NCBI GenBank assembly: GCA_035528905.1
Contig: DATKXU010000082.1
Coordinates: 57,838 to 121,837, forward strand
Length of the DNA stretch: 64,000 bases
Source of the DNA: Armatimonadota bacterium
Lineage (GTDB): Bacteria > Armatimonadota > UBA5829 > DTJY01
Direction of reading: 5' to 3'
Each line of letters opens with the position of its first letter. The stretch's first letter is position 1. Below are positions 9,470 through 18,858 of the stretch, one piece after another. The position numbers and the translations under genes were made by a program. The notes beneath the pieces are model-generated. The model searched no databases. It saw only the letters and a list, made by a program, of their open reading frames with translations, and was not told the DNA's origin.

Positions 9470-10470
9470 TCCTTTTCCAGCGCGTATCCGATAAGGCGGT
9501 CGAGAAGCTCAGGGAATTCGATACCGGCGGCCTGGGCTGCGCGCGGAAGCAGGCTGGTCGGCGTCATGCCCGGGATCGTGTTCAATTCGATAACGTAGAT
9601 ATCGTCGCCCCGAACCATCATGTCCGTCCTGGACATGCCTCGGCATCCGAGTGCCTTGTGGCAAGCGAGGCCGAGCTCCTCCGCCCGGCGATACAGATGC
9701 TTGGGGATGCGGGCGGGTACGATCTCCTCCGTGGCTCCGGGCGTGTACTTCGAGTAATAGTCATAGAAGCCGCCTTCGGGCACGATCTCGATCAGGGGCA
9801 GTATCTGCGGCTCGTCGTTTCCTATAACCGCTGCAGTAATCTCCGTTCCTTCGATGAACTCTTCCAGGAGGACATCATCGTCATAGGAGAAGGCCAGATC
9901 AAGGGCGGAAGGAAGATCCGAAGCGGTGCGCACAATGCTCAGTCCTATGGTAGAGCCCTGCTGGTTCGGTTTCACGACGACGGGATAGCCCAGCTCCCGA
10001 CCGATCCGCCGTGAGAGAGAATGCATATCGAACGGGCGCCGTATGGCTATTCCCTTTGGTATAGGGATGCCCTCGTGCTCCAGCATCTTCCGGGTCATTA
10101 TCTTATCGAGTGCCAGGGCGCTGGCCAGCACGCCCGACCCGACGTACGGGATCCCAAGCAGTTCGAGCAGGCCCTGTACGGTGCCGTCCTCTCCGAACTT
10201 CCCATGCAGAGCTATGATGACCACGTCAGGCTTTGGCTGAGAGCCATCAGGGCGAAGGATGTAGTCGAGCGGCAGCATCTCACCGGAAGCCGCAGACGAA
10301 CGGCATCTTCCGATTTCGGGCGATCCCATGCCGAAGCGAGCCGCGTCTACCGCCAAGGCGTTGTACTTGTCAGGATTCAGAGCGCCCAGTATCATCCTGC
10401 CGGTTGACAGAGATACCTCGCGCTCCTCGGATTTGCCACCCATGAGCACTGCGACATTAAGCCTGCTCAA
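9466..10470 (-). CDS. ddl: D-alanine--D-alanine ligase
   Basis: ATP-grasp motifs, N-terminal VAVLMGGKSEEREVSL, C-terminal ELNTIPGMT; overlaps ftsQ by 4 nt. Confidence 0.95.
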   Translation of the reverse strand: MSRLNVAVLMGGKSEEREVSLSTGRMILGALNPDKYNALAVDAARFGMGSPEIGRCRSSAASGEMLPLDYILRPDGSQPKPDVVIIALHGKFGEDGTVQGLLELLGIPYVGSGVLASALALDKIMTRKMLEHEGIPIPKGIAIRRPFDMHSLSRRIGRELGYPVVVKPNQQGSTIGLSIVRTASDLPSALDLAFSYDDDVLLEEFIEGTEITAAVIGNDEPQILPLIEIVPEGGFYDYYSKYTPGATEEIVPARIPKHLYRRAEELGLACHKALGCRGMSRTDMMVRGDDIYVIELNTIPGMTPTSLLPRAAQAAGIEFPELLDRLIGYALEKE

Positions 10471-10474
10471 CGCG

Positions 10475-11401
10475 CTACCACTCCCCTACTAACTGTATCT
10501 CGGGCTCCAGGGCTATGCCGAACTCGTCCATCACCCGGCGCTGGAGGATCATCATCAGCTCGTGGACATCCACGGCGGTGGCGAGGCCCGTGTTCTCAAT
10601 AAAGTTCGCATGTTTGCTCGATACGCGGGCTCCACCAACCTGCATCCCCTTTGCGCCGATGGCCTCCAGAACCTGTCCAGCATATCTACCCGGCGGGTTC
10701 TTGAAAACCGACCCGGCGGTTCCCACGCCGACCGGCTGGGTGCGCCTGCGACTAAATAGCAGAGCCTTCACGATGCCGTCCACGTCCGTTGGACCCTCGC
10801 GGCGCAGGTTGAAGACCGCCTCCAGGATGATCAGCCCGCTGCCGGGAACCATGCTCCCCCTGTATCTCAACCCCAAGTCGGAGGCGGAGAGCTCGCGCAG
10901 CACTCCATCAGCATCCATAGCTGTCACGCTCGCCAGTGTGTCCTTTATGCATCCCGCAGGTGTCCCTGCGTTCATGCAGATAGCGCCGCTCACGCTCCCG
11001 GGGATTCCCACCAAACCCTCAAGGCCGCAGAGGCCGCTGCCAAGGGACTTGCGCACGGCTCTGGACAGTCTTGCCGCCCCGCCCGTCCTAAGCTCACAGC
11101 CCTTAATACGGACCTTATCGAAACCCGATCCGAGCTGGACAACCAGACCACGGATCCCGCGATCGGCTACCAGCACGTTGGTTCCGGCGCCCAGCACAAA
11201 GAAAGGAACAGACTCCGCGTTCGCCCAGCGACGCAGAGCCTGGAGGTCAGGAACACCGCTGGGTACCGCGAAGATATCGGCCGGCCCGCCGATCCTGAAC
11301 GAAGTATGGAGCGCCATCGGCTCGTCGAACATGAGCAATCCCTGGATTTCGGGAGCGGACCCGCCGAGACAACGAGCGCCCGTGTTCATCGAAGTTCCCA
11401 C
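10475..11401 (-). CDS. murB: UDP-N-acetylenolpyruvoylglucosamine reductase
   Basis: FAD-binding PCMH domain (FRIGGPADIF..., GAGTNVL); 308 aa. Confidence 0.93.
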   Translation of the reverse strand: MGTSMNTGARCLGGSAPEIQGLLMFDEPMALHTSFRIGGPADIFAVPSGVPDLQALRRWANAESVPFFVLGAGTNVLVADRGIRGLVVQLGSGFDKVRIKGCELRTGGAARLSRAVRKSLGSGLCGLEGLVGIPGSVSGAICMNAGTPAGCIKDTLASVTAMDADGVLRELSASDLGLRYRGSMVPGSGLIILEAVFNLRREGPTDVDGIVKALLFSRRRTQPVGVGTAGSVFKNPPGRYAGQVLEAIGAKGMQVGGARVSSKHANFIENTGLATAVDVHELMMILQRRVMDEFGIALEPEIQLVGEW

Positions 11402-11431
11402 TTCTCCGTATGTCCCTCCCTTGAATACAAG

Positions 11432-12826
11432 CTAAGTCACCTTCTGGGCCATGTTCAAACGTGCGAGCACCGCTTCCGCCGCCGATCTGATATCGCCGGC
11501 GCCCATCACGACGACCAGATCGCCCGGTTTCAGTACGGGAATGAGCTCATCCGCCAGGCGTTCCTCGTCGGCGACAAATCGCGCTCTGCCCGGCACGTCC
11601 TGATTAATCAAGCCGGCGATCATTGCCGCGCTCACGCCTGGCATCGGCTTCTCCCTCGCGGCATAGATCTCCGTGAGGAAGACTACATCCGCCTCCCTCA
11701 GGCTCTTGGCAAAGTCGCCCGCCAGGAGCTGCGTTCGGCTGTACAAGTGCGGCTGGAACACGGCCACCATGCGCCGTCCCCAGGTTCGTGCAGCGGCGAG
11801 CGTCGCCCGAATCTCGGTCGGGTGGTGCGCGTAATCGTCCACCACCATGATTCCGTTGGCAGTCCCCAGCACCTCAAACCGACGGCCGGCTCCGTGGAAG
11901 TCGCCCAGCGCGTCACGGATGGACTCAGGATCAGCGCCGAGCTCGCAGCCGACAGCAATCGCAGCCAGCGCATTTTGCACGTTATGCAAGCCCGGGACAC
12001 GCAGACTGAACATTCCCAGGCTGCGGCCCCGAAGGGCCACCTGGAACGAGGGCTCTGGTGTCGCGGCATCCACATCGCGAGCACGGCAATCCGCATCCTC
12101 GCTGAGGCCATAAGTCACGATCCGCCTGCCGATGGCCGGGATGATCTCACGCACGTTCGGGCAGTCAATGCACATCACGGCGCAGCCGTTCGCCTCTATC
12201 TGACACAGGAACTTGCGGAAGCTGCTGACGACACCCTCGAGAGAGCCGTGGTAGTCCAGATGATCGCCCTCGATATTCGTCACGACGGCTATTCGCGGCG
12301 CGAGCTCGAGGAAAGAGTTGAACGCCTCGCACGCCTCGGCGACGAACAGATCGCTCTGCCCCAGCTTGGCATTGCCGTTCAGAAGCTCCAAGTCGCCGCC
12401 GATCAGAACGGTCGGATCCAGCCCGGCGGCCTCCAGGATTGCGGCCAGCATCGCTGTTGTAGTGGTCTTCCCGTGCGTGCCGGCAACCGCAATCCCCACA
12501 TTACCCGACATCAGACAGCCCAGCATCCTGGCTCTGGACCAGACGGGAATGCCATCAGCCCTTGCCGCGACTAGCTCAGGGTTGTCGTCCGGCACGGCAG
12601 CCGAGGCCACTACTAAATCTGCACCGCTCACATGCGCACCGTCGTGACCGGTGAATACAGTGACCCCGAGCGGCGCGAGCCTCTCGGCTGCCGCGTCCGG
12701 ACGCAGATCGGAGCCGGTGATCCGGTAGCCCATCTGAGCCATAACTATGGCAAGGGCGCTCACTCCCGCACCGCCGATTCCAACCATATGGACTTGTGCG
12801 CTTTCAGGTATGTCTGGCTTACGCAT
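11432..12826 (-). CDS. murC: UDP-N-acetylmuramate--L-alanine ligase
   Basis: HMVGIGGAGVSALA N-terminus; Mur ligase P-loop GTHGKTTTT. Confidence 0.95.
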   Translation of the reverse strand: MRKPDIPESAQVHMVGIGGAGVSALAIVMAQMGYRITGSDLRPDAAAERLAPLGVTVFTGHDGAHVSGADLVVASAAVPDDNPELVAARADGIPVWSRARMLGCLMSGNVGIAVAGTHGKTTTTAMLAAILEAAGLDPTVLIGGDLELLNGNAKLGQSDLFVAEACEAFNSFLELAPRIAVVTNIEGDHLDYHGSLEGVVSSFRKFLCQIEANGCAVMCIDCPNVREIIPAIGRRIVTYGLSEDADCRARDVDAATPEPSFQVALRGRSLGMFSLRVPGLHNVQNALAAIAVGCELGADPESIRDALGDFHGAGRRFEVLGTANGIMVVDDYAHHPTEIRATLAAARTWGRRMVAVFQPHLYSRTQLLAGDFAKSLREADVVFLTEIYAAREKPMPGVSAAMIAGLINQDVPGRARFVADEERLADELIPVLKPGDLVVVMGAGDIRSAAEAVLARLNMAQKVT

Positions 12827-12876
12827 ATAGTCACCGCGGAATGCGTGATGCGTATTGCGTAATTACGTGATACGCA

Positions 12877-13980
12877 CTACGCGATACGCCCTGCGATAGC
12901 TGCTATGTCTCTGGCCGCGTGGGGCTTGCCCAGCCTTCGGCTGGCTTCCGCCATCTTCGCCAGATCTGCCGGCGACTTCAGGAACCGCTCGACGACACCG
13001 GTAAGGAGCTCGGGGCTGATCTCCGCGTCGCTTATCACTATGCCCCCACCCTTTCGCGCGACGAACTCGCCGTTATACCTCTGGTGGTCGGCATAAGCAT
13101 AAGGGTACGGCATAAATATCGCGGGAAGCCCGACCGCCGTTATCTCCGCTACGGTTGACGCTCCGCATCTGCTCACCACGAGGTCGGCTGAGCCGTAAGC
13201 CGGCCTCATGTCATCAAAGTAGGCATACACGCGATAGCCGTCCCACCCGGCCGACTCTCTGCGAGCTTCTGCTTCCTCGTAGTTTCGCTCTCCCGCCTGA
13301 TGGAGCACCTGAACGGGCAGCTCGCTCAACAGCGGAATCGCGTCCGCAATGACATTGTTGAGCCGCTTGGCGCCCTGGCTCCCTCCCAGCACCAGGATCG
13401 TGAATCTGCCCGGTTCAAGACCCAGCGCCGTCCGAGCATCCTCCTTGACCGGCAGGCTCAGAAGCTCCAGGCGAATAGGCAGCCCGGTCACGAACGTCTT
13501 GCCTGGCGGGAAGTACCGGGTCGAGTCCTCAAACGTCACGCAAATCTTGCAGGCAAACCTGCTCAACCACAGGTTCGTGCGTCCAGGAACGGCGTTCTGC
13601 TCGTGGATGATTATTCGCCCTCTTCGCAGGGCCTGCGCCAGCAGCACGGACGCCGATACATAGCCGCCCGTCCCGATCACAACGTCCGGTTTGAACCTGT
13701 TCAGCGCTCCCAGAGCCTCGGCAAGACCTCTGGCGAGCGCGGCTGCGGTCAGAACCGTGCCCGGCGAAAAGACCCTCTTAAGCGGCCGGCTGGTCAACCC
13801 GCAGAACGGTATCCCCGCTGCTGCGGCCAGCCGTGCTTCCAGGCTGTTCCTACTCCCCAGGTAAAGCAGCTCACAATCCAGCCCGCCGGGACGAGCTGAG
13901 CGCAGGGCTTCGACTATACCGATCGCCGGATAGGCGTGGCCTCCGGTGCCGCCCCCCGTTAACACGACTCTCATACTCAT
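12877..13980 (-). CDS. murG: UDP-GlcNAc:undecaprenyl-PP-MurNAc-pentapeptide GlcNAc transferase
   Basis: MSMRVVLTGGGTGGHAYPA G-loop. Start trimmed to ATG 13980; the 5' end still overlaps the ftsW 3' end by ~110 nt. Confidence 0.92.
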   Translation of the reverse strand: MSMRVVLTGGGTGGHAYPAIGIVEALRSARPGGLDCELLYLGSRNSLEARLAAAAGIPFCGLTSRPLKRVFSPGTVLTAAALARGLAEALGALNRFKPDVVIGTGGYVSASVLLAQALRRGRIIIHEQNAVPGRTNLWLSRFACKICVTFEDSTRYFPPGKTFVTGLPIRLELLSLPVKEDARTALGLEPGRFTILVLGGSQGAKRLNNVIADAIPLLSELPVQVLHQAGERNYEEAEARRESAGWDGYRVYAYFDDMRPAYGSADLVVSRCGASTVAEITAVGLPAIFMPYPYAYADHQRYNGEFVARKGGGIVISDAEISPELLTGVVERFLKSPADLAKMAEASRRLGKPHAARDIAAIAGRIA

Positions 13981-15094
13981 AACTCTCGATAGGCCCTGGG
14001 TATCTGGAGACCGCGAGCAAGATGCCCACACACAGCAGGTTCATCGCCAGGGATGAACCTCCATAGCTGATGAATGGAAGCGGCACACCAGTAGCAGGGA
14101 CAGATGATGTAACCACGTACATGTTCAGGAGCGCCTGCCCGCATATCAAAGCGCTGATACCCCCGGCCAGCAGCCTGCCGAAATCGTGCCTCGTGCGGTA
14201 AGCCACCGTGAATCCCCGCGCCCCAAAGCAGAGGAAGAGCCCGGCGACTACCAGAGTGCCGATCAAGCCCATCTCCTGCCCCAGCACTGCCAATATGAAG
14301 TCCGTGAACTCCGCCGGTAGGTAGAACAGCTTCCCACGGCCCTCGCCCACACCAACGCCAAGTACCCCTCCCGAGCCCAGTGCGATTAGCGACTGACAGA
14401 CCTGGTAGCCGCTGCCGTGATAGTCCTCAAATGGATCAACGAACGAGAGTATCCTCTCACGCCTGTAGGGTGAGGTCAAAATGAGCGCAGACCCCAGGAC
14501 GAAGGCAATGGCGAGCACGAGCGCGAGATGACGCTTCCGAGCGCCCGCTATATAAACCATGGCCAATGCCGTGCACGTCAGCACGATCGTCGTGCCCATA
14601 TCCGGCTGCGCCATAACGAGCGCACCTATTAGCAAGAGTGGAGCCAGCGCCGGCACCAGCCCGTGTTTCCAGTCGCGTATGTCCCGCTTCTTGGCCGACA
14701 GCAGGGCAGCCAGATACACAATCAGGCCCAGCTTGGCGAACTCCGACGGCTGGATAGTAATACTCCCCACTCTTATCCACCGCCTGGCTCCATGCACCAG
14801 GACGCCGAATCCAGGCACGAAAAGCAGCGCCAGACCGATGATCGAGAGAAGCAGCAGAACCAGCCCCCACCGCCGGAGCTTCCAGTAGCGCACGTACATG
14901 GCCAAGAACATCGCTACTATGCCAGCGAGCGCATATACAGCCTGGCGCTTTAGGAAGTAGAAGCTGTCGCCACCGGTGTACTTGACCTGACCGGCACGGC
15001 CGTAGCTGGCATCGAACACCATGAACACGCCGATGACGAGAAGCGCGATCGTCAGGCTGAAAAGCCACATATCGGGCAATCTCTTCGTGTTCAT
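13871..15094 (-). CDS. ftsW: Peptidoglycan glycosyltransferase FtsW (SEDS family)
   Basis: 10-TM SEDS protein with the conserved LPFISYGGSS motif. Start set at MNTKRLPDMW (15094), which abuts the murD stop. Confidence 0.9.
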   Translation of the reverse strand: MNTKRLPDMWLFSLTIALLVIGVFMVFDASYGRAGQVKYTGGDSFYFLKRQAVYALAGIVAMFLAMYVRYWKLRRWGLVLLLLSIIGLALLFVPGFGVLVHGARRWIRVGSITIQPSEFAKLGLIVYLAALLSAKKRDIRDWKHGLVPALAPLLLIGALVMAQPDMGTTIVLTCTALAMVYIAGARKRHLALVLAIAFVLGSALILTSPYRRERILSFVDPFEDYHGSGYQVCQSLIALGSGGVLGVGVGEGRGKLFYLPAEFTDFILAVLGQEMGLIGTLVVAGLFLCFGARGFTVAYRTRHDFGRLLAGGISALICGQALLNMYVVTSSVPATGVPLPFISYGGSSLAMNLLCVGILLAVSRYPGPIESYEYESRVNGGRHRRPRLSGDRYSRSPALSSSRRAGL

Positions 15095-16500
15095 TGCTGT
15101 ACTCCCATTCGGTCCGCCAGCGCAACCACAGCAGCTTTGAAAACCTGGCCGCGGTGTTCGAAATCGCTGAACATATCGAAGCTTGCACAGCCCGGAGACA
15201 GAAGAACCGTGTCTCCCGGTTCGGCGTGCTGCCACGCGACTTCCACAGCCTCTTCCATAGAGCGCGCAGAGCTGATGCGGTCGAAACCGGCGCTACGCGC
15301 CGCTGCTTCGATCAGGCCGGCATCCTCCCCGATCAGCACCACATGCTTGGCATACCGATTGAACGCCTCGCCGAGGGGCGCGTAATCGCTGCCTTTGCCT
15401 TTGCCCCCAGCTATCACGATGGCGGGCCTCCCTATCGCCTCCAGAGAGCGAACCGCCGCAACCACATTGGTACACATCGAATTATTGAGAAACTCCACGC
15501 CGCCGATCTGCGTCACCGGCTCCAGCCTGTGTTCCAACGGCTCGAATGCGTCGAGAGCCTCCTGCACGCAGTGTCTGCCTGCTCCGAATGCGATGGCGGC
15601 CGCGGCTGCCGCGAGCACATTCTCGAAATTATGCGTGCCGCGCAACTTCATCGCTGCCGTGTCGCACACGAACTGCTCCTCGCCCTGTGCCCTGATCCAG
15701 ACCTCGCTTCCCCTGGCAAATGTGCCCGCCTCCACTTCCCGCGTGCGGCTGAACTGCCAGACCTGGCTCTTGATGCCGAGGGCAAACGCCATCACGCGGG
15801 GATCGTCCGCATTCAGAATGGCGTAGTCCGCTGTCTCCTGATAATCGAATATGCGAGCCTTGGCATGCACGTACTCGTGCAAGCCAGCGTGCCGATCCAG
15901 GTGGTCCGCAGAGATGTTGAGAAGCGCCGCCACCCTCGGCCGAAACGTGCTTATCCATTCCAGTTGGAACGAGCTGATCTCTGCGACGATGGCCTCGGAG
16001 GCCGACGCACGGAATGCAGCTCTCACGAGGGGCAGGCGGATTTCCGCAGCCACGATGTTTCCAGCCACATATACCTGCCTGCCATCGCATTTCAGGATTT
16101 CGCCTATGAGAGCGGCAGTCGTAGTCTTTCCATTTGTCCCGGTGACGGCGATTATAGGCGCGGGAGAGATCCTGTATCCCAGCTCAATCTCAGACATTAT
16201 GGGTATGCCGCGGTCTCCCGCCATGACCAGGCCCGGGCACGCATCCGGCACACCGGGACTCGTGACAACGATGTCCGCCATGCCGATGCCTTCGTAAGCG
16301 GCCGGGCCGACTCTCGTCTCCAGGCCGAGCTCGCGCACCATGTTCAGCGCATCTTGAAGTTCCGCCGCATCCTTGTGGTCGTGCAAGATCACAGTCGCGC
16401 CGAGGGAGCTGAGCACCTCAGCCGCCGCGAGGCCGGACCTCCCCATGCCGATGATGTGCGCTCTCTTGCCGTAGAAATCCGTCTGCTTGCTCAATCCCAT
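15091..16500 (-). CDS. murD: UDP-N-acetylmuramoylalanine--D-glutamate ligase
   Basis: N-terminal Rossmann segment (IIGMGRSGLAAA) and Mur ligase P-loop GTNGKTTT. Start set at MGLSKQTDF (16500), overlapping the mraY stop. Confidence 0.92.
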   Translation of the reverse strand: MGLSKQTDFYGKRAHIIGMGRSGLAAAEVLSSLGATVILHDHKDAAELQDALNMVRELGLETRVGPAAYEGIGMADIVVTSPGVPDACPGLVMAGDRGIPIMSEIELGYRISPAPIIAVTGTNGKTTTAALIGEILKCDGRQVYVAGNIVAAEIRLPLVRAAFRASASEAIVAEISSFQLEWISTFRPRVAALLNISADHLDRHAGLHEYVHAKARIFDYQETADYAILNADDPRVMAFALGIKSQVWQFSRTREVEAGTFARGSEVWIRAQGEEQFVCDTAAMKLRGTHNFENVLAAAAAAIAFGAGRHCVQEALDAFEPLEHRLEPVTQIGGVEFLNNSMCTNVVAAVRSLEAIGRPAIVIAGGKGKGSDYAPLGEAFNRYAKHVVLIGEDAGLIEAAARSAGFDRISSARSMEEAVEVAWQHAEPGDTVLLSPGCASFDMFSDFEHRGQVFKAAVVALADRMGVQQ

Positions 16501-17468
16501 AATCGCAATACCCCAACCCAGGCAAGCGCCGCGAGTGAAATCAAACCCTGCAGAATCCAAAGCCTGGTTACGATCTTCTGCTCGGCCCAGCCGGAGAGCT
16601 CGAAATGGTGGTGGATCGGCGTCATCTTGAACACGCGCCTGCGCGTGGTCTTGAACGATACCACCTGTATCATGACTGAGAGCGCCTCAATTGCGAAGAT
16701 CGCTCCGACGATGAGAAACAGGAACTCTCTCCTGCCGGCGATTGCGATACCCGCGAGGGCTGCTCCCAGGGCAAGTGAACCTATATCGCCCATGAACACC
16801 CTCGCCGGATTGCAGTTGTACCACAGAAAGCCCAGGCATCCTCCTGCGAGCGCCCACGCCAGTATCACCAGACCCAGGTTGGCACCATGCGCGCCGAGCA
16901 CCAGTGCACCAAGCGTCGAGGCCGCTATGGTAACCAGCCCTGCCACAAGGCCGTCAAGCCCGTCCGCCAGGTTGACCGCATTCGACATGCCGACTACTAG
17001 GAGAACCGCGAACGGGTAATAGAGCCACGCGAGATCAATTGTCCTGTCGCCCCATAAAGGTAATACGGTCGGATAGACGGCTCGGTTAGCATTTACCCAT
17101 AGCACGAAGCCGATTGCTATCAGAAATTGCACGAGCAGCTTCTGCCTGGCTTTCAGGCCGAGTGACTTTCCCCGCAGAGCGATCAGATAGTCGTCCACAA
17201 ACCCCAGTGCGGCAAATGCCAGCGTCATCAATACGACAGCCCATACCCTGGGATCGGTCATCCGACAAACCGCTACGCCGACGGCAGCCCCGATCAAGAT
17301 AATGAGGCCGCCCATTGTGGGCGTGCCCTGCTTCTCGCGATGCCGTTCAGGCGCGTCTTCGCTTATCGTCTGACGCAGTTTCAGCCCGGCCAGCACGCGA
17401 ATCACTCTCGCGCCGACAGCCATGGAAACCACGGCTGCCACCAAGAAGGCCGCAGCAGCGCTAGTCAC
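16491..17468 (-). CDS. mraY: Phospho-N-acetylmuramoyl-pentapeptide transferase
   Basis: Polytopic membrane protein with PTMGG and VNLADGLDGL motifs. Confidence 0.95.
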   Translation of the reverse strand: MTSAAAAFLVAAVVSMAVGARVIRVLAGLKLRQTISEDAPERHREKQGTPTMGGLIILIGAAVGVAVCRMTDPRVWAVVLMTLAFAALGFVDDYLIALRGKSLGLKARQKLLVQFLIAIGFVLWVNANRAVYPTVLPLWGDRTIDLAWLYYPFAVLLVVGMSNAVNLADGLDGLVAGLVTIAASTLGALVLGAHGANLGLVILAWALAGGCLGFLWYNCNPARVFMGDIGSLALGAALAGIAIAGRREFLFLIVGAIFAIEALSVMIQVVSFKTTRRRVFKMTPIHHHFELSGWAEQKIVTRLWILQGLISLAALAWVGVLRLWD

Positions 17469-18858
17469 TCAGCAGCACCCTCACTATCTCCTCCATCTTC
17501 ATGGCACGCGAACCCTTGACTAGAACGGCATCGCCCTTAGCGAGCTGCCCAGCCAGCTTCTGCGCAGCCTCGGAGCTGTCGGCACAGGACTGGATTCTAT
17601 CCTCCGGAAACCCGGCGCCTCTCGCACCATCGCCGATCATCTTGCCAAGCGGCCCCACGGTGACCAGCATCTGAACATCGCTGCACGCAAGCGAGCCGCC
17701 GATGTCTCTATGGGCCTTCGGGGCATAGCTGCCCAATTCGAGCATGTCGCCAAGCACGGCGATCTTGCGCTTACGCCCAGTGAGCGCATCCAGGGTTTTC
17801 AGAGCGGAAAGCATCGAGGCGGGGCTCGCATTATACGCGTCATTCAGGATTATGTAGCCTGCCTTGGATTTGACCAACTCCATCCGCATGGCAGGCGGCG
17901 AGAAGCTCTCCAATCCATCGCGGATCGTGCCCAGATCTACGCCCATCCCGACGGCGGCAGCAGCCGCAGCCAGGGCGTTGTAGACGTTGTGATGCCCAAG
18001 AACCGGCATCTTAACCGAGACAGCACCGCCTTCAACTAATAGAGCAAAGCTGTAGCGCCCCAGACTCGAGCACTTGATCCTGGCGCCGACCACATCCGCG
18101 CCTTTGCACGATCCGAAGCTGACAACCCGACCGCTAAACCGGCGCCTCATGACCTCAAAATAGCCGTCTTCGGCGTTTATCACCGCCAGCCCGTCTGGAG
18201 GCAGCTCCTCGAGCAGCTCCGCCTTCGCGTTTGCAATCGCGCCCTGCGAACCTAATCGCTCGATATGCGCAATTCCGATGTTCGTGATGATGCCCACCGA
18301 CGGCCCCGCAATGGATGCGAGCCGCCGTATCTCCCCCAGGCCGCGCATCGCCATTTCAAGCACGGCCACATCATAACTCCGATCCAATCGGAAAAGCGTG
18401 AGTGGAACTCCTATCTCGTTGTTGAAGTTTGCCGCGTTCTTCAGCACCTTCCACTTTCGGGCCAGGATGGATGCCAGCATCTCCTTCGTCGTCGTCTTGC
18501 CGACGCTGCCGGTTACTCCTACTATACGCACATCGAACTTGTTTCGGTAGTACCTGGCGAGATCCCCCAGCGCCCACAGCGGGTCGTCCACCTTCACGAC
18601 AGCCACGGAGCGGTGTGAGGGTGCCGCGCTCTCATCGGAAATCACAACGCCGGCGGCGCCGGCCTCGGCTGCAGCGCCAACGTATCGGTGCCCGTCGGCG
18701 CGCGCCCCCTTCAATGCAAAAAAGAGATCGCCCGGCTTAACGGTCCGCGTATCAGTGCTGACCCCCACTACGCACGAGGAAGAGTCTCCCAGCAGGAGTT
18801 CTCCCTCCACAGCGGTGACTATCTCATGGACGAACAGCTTCTCCAAGGCGCTATCCAC
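17461..18858 (-). CDS. murF: UDP-MurNAc-tripeptide--D-alanyl-D-alanine ligase
   Basis: Mur ligase family, GSVGKTTT P-loop; sits between murE and mraY. Confidence 0.92.
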   Translation of the reverse strand: MDSALEKLFVHEIVTAVEGELLLGDSSSCVVGVSTDTRTVKPGDLFFALKGARADGHRYVGAAAEAGAAGVVISDESAAPSHRSVAVVKVDDPLWALGDLARYYRNKFDVRIVGVTGSVGKTTTKEMLASILARKWKVLKNAANFNNEIGVPLTLFRLDRSYDVAVLEMAMRGLGEIRRLASIAGPSVGIITNIGIAHIERLGSQGAIANAKAELLEELPPDGLAVINAEDGYFEVMRRRFSGRVVSFGSCKGADVVGARIKCSSLGRYSFALLVEGGAVSVKMPVLGHHNVYNALAAAAAAVGMGVDLGTIRDGLESFSPPAMRMELVKSKAGYIILNDAYNASPASMLSALKTLDALTGRKRKIAVLGDMLELGSYAPKAHRDIGGSLACSDVQMLVTVGPLGKMIGDGARGAGFPEDRIQSCADSSEAAQKLAGQLAKGDAVLVKGSRAMKMEEIVRVLLSD

